A model generated the notes under the pieces. The model was given only the letters and a program-made list of their open reading frames with translations, was not told where the DNA came from and made no database searches. The translations under genes and the position numbers were made by a program. From positions 19,406,001 to 19,470,000 of the forward strand of contig NC_092674.1 of NCBI RefSeq assembly GCF_964355755.1: a DNA stretch of 64,000 bases, written 5' to 3'. The stretch is from Antedon mediterranea. Its lineage: Eukaryota > Animalia > Echinodermata. Shown piece by piece: positions 51,879-63,064 of the stretch. How positions within the stretch are numbered: the first letter of the stretch is position 1; the number at the start of each line of letters is the position of its first letter.

Positions 51879-54800
51879 TTAATTGTCCTCAAACCCATAG
51901 CGCAAAGGAGGTCGTCTTTTGCGATCCGAACGACGTGGAACAACTACTGGCTGGACTGGTACGGTTTCGGTCGGAGGCTTGGTCAGTGTCTTATCTGCAA
52001 CCGTCGGGTGGCATTCCGGTAAAGGTACGGTTCCAGTGGATGCCTTTGTTGTCCTATCTGTGGCAGAAGGTTGGTTTTCAAGCGGTGCTGGTATAGATTG
52101 AGGTGGTGTTATGTCTGTGGGAGAATGGGCTGGCGTAGGAGCTATTAGTGCTGGTGCCTGTTTCACAGGGAGGAAACGAAGGTCTTCAGATATGGTACGT
52201 TTGAGTTCCGGTTGATATACAGGTATGTACTTTCGAAGGAAACGTCTGTTACGCAACGTGATCCTACCAGAACCATCAACCCGTACCATATATTGGTCGA
52301 ATTGGCGTACTTCGACGACTGTTCCTGTCTTGTCCCATTTAGTTGGATGTGGGCCAGTTTGGTTTTGGACTCGTACCAAATCACCCACAATTAAGGGTGG
52401 AAGACGGCGAGTGTGTTGTGTCCAGTACTTTGCAGAATGCATGTGGCGATTCCGAAGTGCCATTTCACGGTCTTCTAAAGTGCTCTGCCATGTCGGATGC
52501 GGCAAGTATTTGCTTTCAAGAATTGGTGTATCAGATCCTTAATCGGACGTCCAAAGACACATATAGCGGGAGATGTTTTGGTTATTGGATCCGGTGTGTT
52601 CCTGTACTGAAGAATTGCCTGTTGAAATGCATTAGTGTCCAGTTCACCATGGGGGCCTGTGTTATTGGTTATCAAGCGCTTGGCTGTTTTCACTCCTACC
52701 TCTGCTCTACAATTAGAATGCGGGAAAGCAACTGATGATAGGCGGTGATGAATGCCCCACGACTTCAGGAATTCCTGAGTATTCCCTGAAGATAGTTCAT
52801 CACAGATGCCGAAGGTCATAAACACCCGACGGAGCGTGGCTATGAGTCCTTGTGCCCCTTCAGATGCTTTTTCGATTATTGGCCAGTTTGAATATCTATC
52901 GACGATGACTAGGTAGCTATTCCCCTTGTGGTGAAAAAAATCTGCACACAAGCACTGAAATGGGTACCATGGATACATTGGCGGATAAGGTGGTGCTGCA
53001 GGCTGAGACGGTGTCATCCTGTTGCAGTCATTACATCTCTCTCTATAAGCCTGAATATCCTTAGTAATACCGGGCCAAAAAATTGATGCTTCAGTTCGTG
53101 CGATCATTGACGAAACTCCCTGATGTGCAGCATGTAGCGATTTTAGGACATCTATGGCACAACTATGCGGTCTTTATAGTATTACACCATCGATTAATTC
53201 AAATTCAAATTCAAATAAACATTTATTTCTTTCATTCATATTTGAGTAAAAAAAAAACATTATCATTTCTGATATTTTATATATAAATATTTTTTTTTAG
53301 AGATATAATACAGTAAATCATAATGTATAAAAAAAAGATGATTCAGTTATATACAAAATGAAAGAGGCAAAAAAAACCAAGAAAGTATCGATCAATTGGA
53401 AACAAAAATCCAATTGAAACTTGTATGTTGGGAAGCCATGTAAGAAGATTATATACTTATATATATATATGTAAACATATAACTACACATACACATATAG
53501 ATTCACGTAGCATACCAGGCAGTTCATGGCGTGAGTGAGGCATACCCAACTCAATTATAGTGAGCAGATTGGCCATGTTGTCGTCGCTATTTGTCTCCAG
53601 CTTGACTTTATCCCACGTAATACATTGTAGATCGTCCAACGCCATAGAGCTGAAGGTAAGTAACTGTTGATCGACACTCTCACTGGTCAACATCGTCGGT
53701 CCGAAGGCAGAATACTGGTGAGGTAGTCTCCATGTTGTTGAGGTTGGTTATATTGGCCTCGTCCGTAAGCACTGGTGTAAGAACATTCTTAGGGCCGCAT
53801 GGGTGTCGAGAGATTGAGTCAGCAGCTCGGTGACGTGCTCCGGGGATATGAATCATTCGAAATCTGTACCGGAGTGTCTTCTCCTTTAGGTTTCGGAGAC
53901 GTCCATTTGGAATGTCCTCCAACGATCTGTCACCAAATATTTTTAATAGAGGCTTATGATCAACTGCAATAGTGAGATCATTACAGCCTAGGACAAAATA
54001 GCGTGCTTTCTCAAGTGCATATCGTGATTCGGCTGAGCTTGTAAATCGACTACCAACTAGCGTGATCTTCCAACCTGTACTGCAGCAGAATGGTATGGTA
54101 GATGGACATTCGTAATGCTTCTGAAGCAGCCAGAATCCGATACCCGTCTTGGACCAACCTGTAGCAAGATATGTAGGTGGAATATTCTAACACCTTCCTC
54201 GATCTCACTGACTATAATGAGTTTGGATTCTTAAAATTATGTTGTAGGTTATTGTTCCATTCAAATGGTGTCTCAGTTGTCGAAACGGTATCATTCGATC
54301 AGCCAGCTACAGAAAAAGCATTGGCAACTTGATTTACCAAACCAAACCAAGATCGTATGTCAGATATATTCTTCGGTGTAGGAAATTCCATTATCGCATT
54401 CAAGTATTTTTTACATGGACGGACAGATGTTGGTGATATCTCAAATCCGGCAAATTCTACTGTATCTTGTCCAAATGTGAACTTGGATGGGTTCAGTGTT
54501 ATACCGTTTTTACCGCAAACATCTAGCCATTTCACTGCCTGGAAGAAGCTCTGTTCCAAATTGTCTGACCATAGGATGGCATCATCGACACACTTTGTTT
54601 TATCCGGAATGTCAGACACAATTTCATCGTACCTTCGTGTATAACCATCACCTGAAGCTATGTAACCTTGAGGTGCGACGCAGTAGCGATACCTTCCCCA
54701 TGGAGTGATGAAAGTTGTAAAGCGTCGATCTTCCTGCAGTATGGGGATGCTGTGGTAGCCATTCCATGCGTCAAATACAGTTTTCTTTTTATTTGCAGGC

Positions 54801-56659
54801 ACTAAGCGTGCTTGTTAAAACGGTGACTGTGTATGGTGGGTCTCTCGTGTAGCATGTGCATTCAATGACTGTAAATCAACTGTGCGTCTTGGCTTACCAT
54901 TCTTCTTAGCGCATATGACCATACGATGACACCAAGTGACTGGTTCACCAACTGGAACAGGTTCAATAACCCCAAGTCGGACGTCTTGATCTATGCCAGC
55001 CTTAACCGCTTCTCGCCAGTGGAGAGGAACTGGAGTGTGATATGCCACAGGCTTGGCCTCGGTATCAATCATCAACTTCATAGGCTTAACCTTCATAAGA
55101 GGCAGTGGTTGGTATTCGCAGACATTGAAGGTGCTTGATGCATAATATTCTAACAGAAAGTTTTCAAGCCTTTTTCTATTCCCGTCTGTAGCCTCACAGG
55201 GCAGTTTGTTTGGCATAGGTGGTGGTGCTTTTCTGAGTGGACACTTGCACGTGATAGTCTCAAGTTCCTGGGCGGAGAGGGTTGTCGTCATCGGCACCGA
55301 CCTAGGTGTTTCCCCTATCATTGGGAAGGACTTGGAGACTATACCGAGTGCTATACATGCCTCACGACTAAGGAATATTTTTAATGAGCTTTCGGTGATA
55401 TACGTGACTTGTCTAGTAGTGACAGTCTTACCAAGTTCGTCCACACCCCTATATCGAAGGATGGCGGCACCAAGTATCGTGATTCCACCATTATTTGCAG
55501 CTTTCATTTTCATCGAGACTGGTAGGAGCTGAGTTACTTTCATCTGCAGCCGACGTAAAATATCAGTACCAGCTAAGCAACTTTGACAACCAGTATCAGC
55601 CATGACCAAGGCTTCAATTTTTGGAGTACTTTGTGAGAGGTTATACCCCAGTGCTTCATAGTCCTCTGGTAAGGCTTGTACCATAAGTTTGGTGAATGGA
55701 TGTGGTCCTGGTTTCATTCGAATCCAAGTGTCATTCAAGTCATCATATATGTGATGGTCAAGAGCAAGAGGCCGAGCAACGACCATATCTGCATGAAATG
55801 TTGTACACAACGCTGTGGTACTGTTAGCATCACCTTTCCTTGACGAAGATCGATTCAATATGATGTTTAATGCCACATTTGGAGCAGGTTTTACCATAGG
55901 CAGGGCATACCTGCCTGCGCATCGTTGGTGAACTCTTCGCACCGTGTCCCTTATTACCGCAATATGTACAAATTGGGTCAGAGCCAATCTTAGCCAGTTG
56001 CTTTTGCAGTTGTTGATATGAGCTGCTGGCCGATGCTCCTGTAGTTGTAAGAGGAGACGAAGAGCGCTTACCAGCTTCTTTTGCCTCAATATACAAAATG
56101 ACAGCTTCCAATGTTATATCTTGGTTGCGCTCCGCAAGTAGGTCAAGCTGAATTTCCTGATCTGCCAGGCCACGTATCAAAACATCTTTCACCCTCTCAT
56201 CCGAATAATAGATATCAGTCTGGCAGTCCGTACACTTTACAGTGAATTTGCAAACAGACGACTGTCCACGAACACGTGCAGCAAACGACCGTATAATCTC
56301 ATCTCGATCTTGACGCATGTCTTTCTCATTCCAGCGAGGATGTCAGCTTCGGGCTTTGTAGTTGATACACATGTGGTTGATCGCATTAGGTCCCTTCTTA
56401 GCTGATCATCGCAGCATTCCAGCAGCTGAACCTTTCTTTCCTTTCCAGCATACTCATTCCACCTTGACAGGAAGTAGTCGCACTCCTCGCTGGTGCCTGC
56501 TGATGATATCGATGGCCGTTTAACCCGTTCAACCTTAGTTTGTTTCGAAGCAGAGTGTGAGCTGGCATGTGCAGTGAGCAGTGCAGCAACTATGGCATCT
56601 CCCAGGTTATCCGGTGTGGTGTATAGACATCTATCTATCGGGCAGGTCACGGCTGGCAT
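51879..56659 (-). pseudogene. Frameshifted gag-pol of element 3 (Gag-PR-RT-RH-IN)
   Basis: Fragments: MPAVTCPIDRC start, CTYCGNKGH...CSKC knuckles, ADTGCQS protease, FDAWNGYH/CVDD RT, and [22 protein letters not shown] integrase. Confidence 0.92.
53196..53501 (-). mobile_element. Retroposon 3'-end fragment inserted in element 3 pol
   Basis: AT-rich block that breaks the pol frame. Minus strand ends in AATAAA followed by a (TTTGAA)3 tail. Confidence 0.6.
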
Positions 56660-56866
56660 CGTTGTTACTTCGTTTTGTTCATAAATAAATCTTAAGACTT
56701 TTTGGTTTCCAATACATTTAATGAGCAATAATATTGTAGCCAATGAACAAAAGGTGAAGAGACTTTATATTCAATAGATATGCCTATATCAATATACACT
56801 CTATACGCTAGTACATAGGTGTCATAATGGCAATTAATTAATATGCATAGGTTATTCTCTAGAATG

Positions 56867-57050
56867 GACCAGTACAACTTCCGAAAGATGTACTCGGTTC
56901 TTTAAAGTGCACACGAGACAGATGTTAATTGTGAAGTTTTAAGTTCTTATTCGAGAAGACTTATTTTACCACCAGAACAATGGTCGAGGAGTGCCGATTT
57001 TATAGCTATGGCCCTGCGACAGCGCCCATGCCTTAACCGCTCAACTCGAC
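56867..57050 (-). mobile_element. 5' part of a probable tRNA-derived SINE split by element 3 (3' part ~51480-51653)
   Basis: Minus strand has an A-box-like GTCGAGTTGAGCGGTTAAGG and SINE-core-like TCTTCTCGAATAAG and GTGCACTTTAAAGAACC. Recognised from memory only. Confidence 0.45.
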
Positions 57051-57961
57051 TAAAATAAGGAAATGGTGACATATATATAAATCTTTCTTTCCCTTCTTTT
57101 ATTTCCAAAACAAACCAAAAGCAAATGAAAATCTATTAAAAAATATATTATAGATATTACTCATTAATTATTTTACGTATTATATATAATATAGTTTATT
57201 TGGTAATGAGCTATATCGTAGGCCTACACGTCCTTTATTTGTAACATTCCTAATCTTCATATATTTACAATAAAACTAATTTTTTCTTTTCTTTTAACAT
57301 TTTTAACTTTTAATCATTTCTTTAATATTGCACTTTGTAAAATTGTTTGCCTTCTGTAGTTGCGTACATTTTTGTTGTTTTGACATAAATACCTCAATGT
57401 ATAGGCCTATTACATATTTTCAATTGTTGCACTGAGTACAAATATTTGTCTCGGTTGCCTCTTTGGAGTTATTATGTCCCTTGGTTAATTTGGGTTTGTT
57501 TCATGTGTTTTTTTCAAGTAACAACGTTTACATCGAACTGAAAATACAGTACGTTGTTTGGGTCAACATTAAAACATAAAGCACATGTGTCTAGAGACAT
57601 ACTAGTCCACTGCCACTGCCCTTTGATTCTCAAACATGTAAATACCCGTCATAAGTATAAGGCGCAATAGTTAACCATTATTATTTGTTATGACAACAAA
57701 GTTCAACCCTACAATTTTGTATGATTTCCGTATTTGTAGTAAAATATCATAATATCCGTAAATTAACATATTTCTGTCAATTCCTATGGAATGTTGCCAG
57801 CATGTTTTTAAACTATGAATATTGATGCATGGGTAAACTTATTGCAATATATTTGCTGGTCCTGTAAATGGTGAAATTCGATTAATGCTATACTACAGTA
57901 CTGTATATAAGTGTGAGTTTGTTTTCAATAAACCATTTCTCTGAATATCCTGTATTCTCAC

Positions 57962-58014
57962 CTGCATATGGAATTGCAATGTCATATGAAAGCACCATGA
58001 ACCAATACCGACAG
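57962..58014 (-). CDS. ACER3: ACER3-like exon 3
   Basis: AVGIGSWCFHMTLQFHMQ, carrying the CREST SxxxH motif; TAG/GTGAG boundaries. Confidence 0.95.
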
Positions 58015-58284
58015 CTAAAAAATTAGAAAACAACAATAATTCATTGTTGTAATTGTTATTAAATTAATTATTGTCTGCCACCAGCCATGACATCATAATA
58101 ATTATCTGATGACAATAGTCATAGTTATCGTTGATACGTCATATTCATATTATATTCGTTAACTTCAATTTCGTTGAAACTCATCACATTCAGAGAAATT
58201 ATTCCAATTGACACTAGCCATTGTGACATGTTGTTTTTAGACTATTTTACTGTTAAAGTTTAGTCCTACATGTGCTGATCTTAC

Positions 58285-58395
58285 CTAGCAAAGCAATGTA
58301 ACCACATATCGTACGTGGTTCAGATTTGTCTTGAAAAGTAGTTATAAGACCTAAAATAGCAGGAATGATTATACCAAGGTTTGTCACTGTGTTCC
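58285..58395 (-). CDS. ACER3: ACER3-like exon 2
   Basis: WNTVTNLGIIIPAILGLITTFQDKSEPRTICGYIALL; 111 bp, CAG/GTAAG boundaries. Confidence 0.93.
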
Positions 58396-60840
58396 CTGAA
58401 AGTATAATATTATAGAAAGCATTATTATGGAAATACAAGATAGTAGTGAAGAAAATACGATCATGATGAAATTTAAAAATAGTATTAATTAGTAATAATT
58501 GAAACACCCAGTAAGATTTTTACATAACCTTTATACAAGTAAATACTTGAAAGAGTAAACCACAAACACGAACGCATATACAATTATTTAAATCCCAAAT
58601 ACAACTCTCCCGAGTTAAATCAACAATCTTATCAATTGCTATCTGAAAATCAATTATGCTCTACAGTTGGACTAATAATTAGAGATAGAAACGTACACAG
58701 ATGGTTTTAGCAACACACACAAGTCACACTGTACACATGAATAATTGCTGAGAAGCGATAGTGATCGTTTGTTTTATGGCTTTAGAGTACTTTCAATATT
58801 TGTCTTTGTGAAATTACGATCGGATATGAAATAGTTAATGAGTTAATCATATTGAGGTCCAGAACACATTTCCATCTAAATATACAAATTCTACGTTTTT
58901 AAGATAATATACCGGATGAGAACATTTGATACGGTACTTTAGGTCTACTTATGTTTTCATGGCAAAGATCTAACATGTGATATACTTGTTTGAATCGACG
59001 TCTTTACCCTATAAAAACAGGTAACCATCACAAATATACTCCAAATAAAACTGTATCAACAGACGTCGTTCAACATTTAGTTGCTTCATTTTATTATTTA
59101 TTTATTTAGGGCCTATTTAAAAAATATGTATTTACATTACTGTAGTAATTACAAAATCACAAAACATAAAATCTTTAAAAAATTTAATTTTCTACAAACT
59201 AAAGGCCTAGACTTGTATTGTAACTACCAATTTCACATTCTTTTAAAATCTATACTTTATAAACTTTTAATAAAAAATTGTAATATCAATTAATTTTATT
59301 TCTAATTGAAACCACATAACACATTTGATGAAATAGAGGACAATAGTAATGTCTGCGGTATATATCATGTCATTCATTTAAGAATTCAAACAGATCAGGT
59401 TATTGAGATAATCATGCGTCAACCCTTCTGAATCAATGCATATTAAACATGACATCGACGTTGATTGTGTTGTAAGACGTTGTTTAAGTAGAGTATAGTA
59501 TAATTATGTTATCTTGTGTCTGTAACCTACGGACATGACTATTGATAGTCCTTGGTAATGATAGAGACAAAAGGTACAAAAAGAAGACAATTTTTGGAAG
59601 AAAATTGAAATAAATCTGTAGAATATGGTATATTTTTTTCCAAATTCGTTTTATGTAACCGAACGGTACACTATATCATTAGAGTATCGGGCAATTTTAT
59701 GTTTCACTATGAAACTATATAAACTAAATTAGTCTTTAGTACTATGGTTTTTTTTATAAGCATTTGCTTCTTGAATTTCTTTGTTTAAATCAGATATTTT
59801 TAATTTGCTGTCATAGTGAAATTTTCATCGTTTAAAGAAAATAAAGAAGTTGTCAAATTGCTTAGTTTATACAATACAGGTGAACCAGAAATGAACTAAA
59901 CTCAAAACGCAATTGTTTTGACGAATCGTAGTTGTTTGTTTGTGTGTGATACGGTTGTATCCCGAGTTTGCTATCAAGTAAAATTGCTTGCATGGCGTTT
60001 GCAAATTGGTGCCGATAAAATGAGGAATGTTAACAGGAAATACTGGCATCTTGGGACATGGTACGATTGAAAACACATTTTTTGTTTATTAATGATTTCC
60101 TACTCGGACATTCCGGCATTGTGCAAATCACCGTGTAAAATGACATACATCATGACAGTTGTGGTAGGATGAACGAATTTTAAGGCTGTCGCTTTTTGTA
60201 GACATAATTATAATGGCGTAAACATTGAAAATCATAGAACTATACAGTGCAGTTCCATGTATCATTTCAGACAATGATTGACTTCAGTGCAGTTAAACAC
60301 CATACACCATCTCTGGAGGATCATGCTTAACCGTATAAGTTTTAATTATATTATTTATTTTATGAAACAGAGAATTATACTGGTACACATATACAAATGG
60401 ACGCAACACAACGCATTTTTATGGACTTTCTTTTAGTGGAATTTAAAAATATGATGCAGGCTGTTTTATATTAATATTGAATTTCAATACACTTTGTGTA
60501 TAAGACTATTTATATTGTATTGAATAAAAACAAGGATGCGATTTCATAGCTGCTAAGCTATCTCAATGCCGGATTAGGCTATATTCATCGGATTACCGGT
60601 AAAATAAATATTGTTATTAACTGTTTGTATATATACAATATATATATCACTGGGCGGTTTAGAATTAATGTTCTATGTCTAATGTGTTTATGAAAATATC
60701 TCTCCGGCGATCCCGCTTCTTAAAATAAAATACTGATAAATTTGATCTCTCGTGCTCGTGCAAGTACAATTGACGGACTAGTACCACGCCGAGAATGTTA
60801 AAGAGTCACTATCCAATCGGGTTTGAACTATATCATGAAA

Positions 60841-60912
60841 GCCCTAGTGGTTTAATGGTTATGACATCTGCATATCAAGCAGAAGGTCCGGGTTCGAATC
60901 TTTGTTGGGGTG
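60841..60912 (+). pseudogene. tRNA-like sequence (pseudo-tRNA or SINE head) inside a ~60640-61015 repeat
   Basis: A box TGGTTTAATGG, B box GGTTCGAATC, stem-loop TCTGC-ATATCAA-GCAGA. The T-stem is broken. Flanked by the direct repeat GGGYGGTTTAGAATTAAT at ~60652 and ~60972. Confidence 0.7.
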
Positions 60913-61925
60913 ACTTTTTCTCATTCTCACAGATTTCATCATCTTCGTTTAAATTGATTAATTAAATTTCCGGGTGGTTTAGAATTAATATTATGCCATG
61001 TTTATATATAAATATATAGTAATTAAGTACGACAAATAAACTTAGTTATGAATAAAAAAAATGTTTATAAATTTAAAAGTGTTTTAAAGGTAGGCCTATC
61101 ATGGAAATGTTCTGAAACATCTTGTATAGTTTCGTCTTAAATTATAATATCCTATCCTGCACATAAAAAGTAGAGCTATATTCTTCATTCATAATAACAG
61201 TGGGCACATGGAATCAAGAAAGTTTATAAAGCTTGTAATGTCCATGCTTTCATTCATCTTTCTAATACAAACATATATGGTACATTGTTGTTGTCCCCCC
61301 TACAAATGCTGAATAAAACAATGAGTAGCCCTGTTTTATGTTATTATGTATTACCTATTATCAGGAATTGGATAGACCGGAAGATTAGTAATTCTCGGGG
61401 TACTAGAACAAAAATCTCCCCAAATTGTCAATACGTTAGCTTCGGCAAACATCATAACCGAAACCTGCATCTTTTAGATTAATAATTAGCAGGATTACTG
61501 CCCTGGGATGATATACATTATTTTATATGGCGAGTTGACTAAAATTAAACAATGCAATCAAACAATAATTATAATTATATGCATTGTGCATTCATTATTT
61601 CAAGTTCTAATTTATTGATTATCACACAAATAATAAAAACATATACAGATAAAGGGGCATATAAGCGCAGTCTCAAATCTTGCAACACCAATATCAATGT
61701 ATAGGTTAATAATAGAAAAGATGTGGTTAATTATTGGTGTAATAAATGATTAATGTTGTTATGGACATTAAGTAAGAAAATTGATGTTGAGTCTTTGCTG
61801 AATCTATATTAATTAAGAAGGATCTGCCTCTCTACTCTCTTCCGTAAAATTGTCAAAATCGATAATAAAAAAATATTCAACTTGCGAAAGGAAAAAAATT
61901 ACGCCTACGGTGATAGTTGTTACTA

Positions 61926-62090
61926 CAGTGAACTTCTCCTTTCGGACATCCCTATTCAGGGGACACCACTATAAGGGGACATCACTATTAAGGGGACACG
62001 TTTCTGTAAAAAAAAATTAACCCCTATACCACGGCCAACTCTTATTCAGGGGAAGCTTGTCCCCAAGTATCCAATTAAGGGATTTTACTG
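61926..62090. mobile_element. Tc1/pogo(Tigger)-like MITE; a related decayed copy lies at ~49400-49575
   Basis: TA-CAGTGAAC...TTTTACTG-TA ends and repeated TATT(C/A)AGGGGACA motifs. Confidence 0.65.
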
Positions 62091-62555
62091 TATTTTAATC
62101 TATCAAACTTTATATGAAGCATATCTTGATTATTAGCGATGATGACAGACATGAATACATGTTGAAATATCTGGTATTTTATATTAGTATCAATAATCCA
62201 ACACAATCCAATTTCCAACAAAAGGTCTATTGAACTCGTAAACCTGATTTAAAACACAATGCCATCAGGACCAGAATTTTGATGATCTGGTGTTCGATAT
62301 TTTCGCACAATAAGGATACATTATGAATACTAGTTGAGTTCAATATTGTACGGGTAATTGGTATAAATTGATTTAAATAGGACGTGCACGCACTTTTAAT
62401 TGTCACAGAGGGCATAAACATACAGGTATAGTCCAAACATCTATAATTTTGATTTGCCATCTCGGAGTAGTCCTATTTGTAGTTTGAATAAGGATTGTTA
62501 ATATAAAATAAAAATAGTATGGGTTATGAATTATGTAATAATAATGATAACTTAC

Positions 62556-62676
62556 AGAATTCAGCGATGTAGAACGAGACAACGTAATCATCTTCACACC
62601 AATCAATTGTAGATGTAGGAATTCCCCAGTAGCCATGAACATAATTGCCCACTTGACTCTCAGTAGACATGTGCAT
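62556..62676 (-). CDS. ACER3: Alkaline ceramidase 3-like, coding exon 1
   Basis: [40 protein letters not shown], with a GTAAG donor. Matches the ACER3 GYWG...DWCE..Y...AEF motif. Confidence 0.93.
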
Positions 62677-63030
62677 TGTGCTTAATTCATACGACTTAGA
62701 AAAAGATCATCCTACAAATAAGAAGAAAACACCTTCCTTCCCTTCTACACTAAAGACAAGTCAACACGAACAAGCATACATCTACTGCACAGTACTGACT
62801 CTAACGCCCCTCTAACGTAAAATGTAAACACTGTTTTTGTTGTTATTATGCACCAGATCAGTCTCAAAAGCTCATTCATCCGAAACGCACTGAAGTGGAA
62901 CAACGATGAGTTGGCATTATACCCGACCCGGTTGTTCTAATACGGATACAATGGCTCGGATAAATAAAGGGATTATTATTGTTAGTATTCAAACTTGTGT
63001 ACAACAGTATTACTATTAGTCTTACAACTA

Positions 63031-63064
63031 TACAGACCAGGGAGTTACAACTCCCCGTACAGAC
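63031..63064. other. 20-bp palindrome flanked by a 7-bp direct repeat (putative P-type transposon footprint)
   Basis: TACAGAC-CAGGGAGTT-AC-AACTCCCCG-TACAGAC. Confidence 0.6.

Larger units (their letters stand above)
51659..56861 (-). mobile_element. Decayed Ty3/Gypsy (Mag-like) LTR retrotransposon (element 3) in ACER3 intron 3
   Basis: 180-bp LTRs at 51659-51838 and 56682-56861 (9 differences counted). TSD GAATG at 51654-51658 and 56862-56866. PPT GGGGGAGG at 51839-51846. Confidence 0.92.

Noticed and set aside
11558-56861. Unistrand piRNA-cluster-like orientation bias of the transposons
   Set aside because: Orientations are mixed: element 2 and the RTE are plus, the others minus.
60841-60912. 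Functional tRNA gene
   Set aside because: The T-stem is mispaired, the anticodon loop is atypical, and it is embedded in a repeat.
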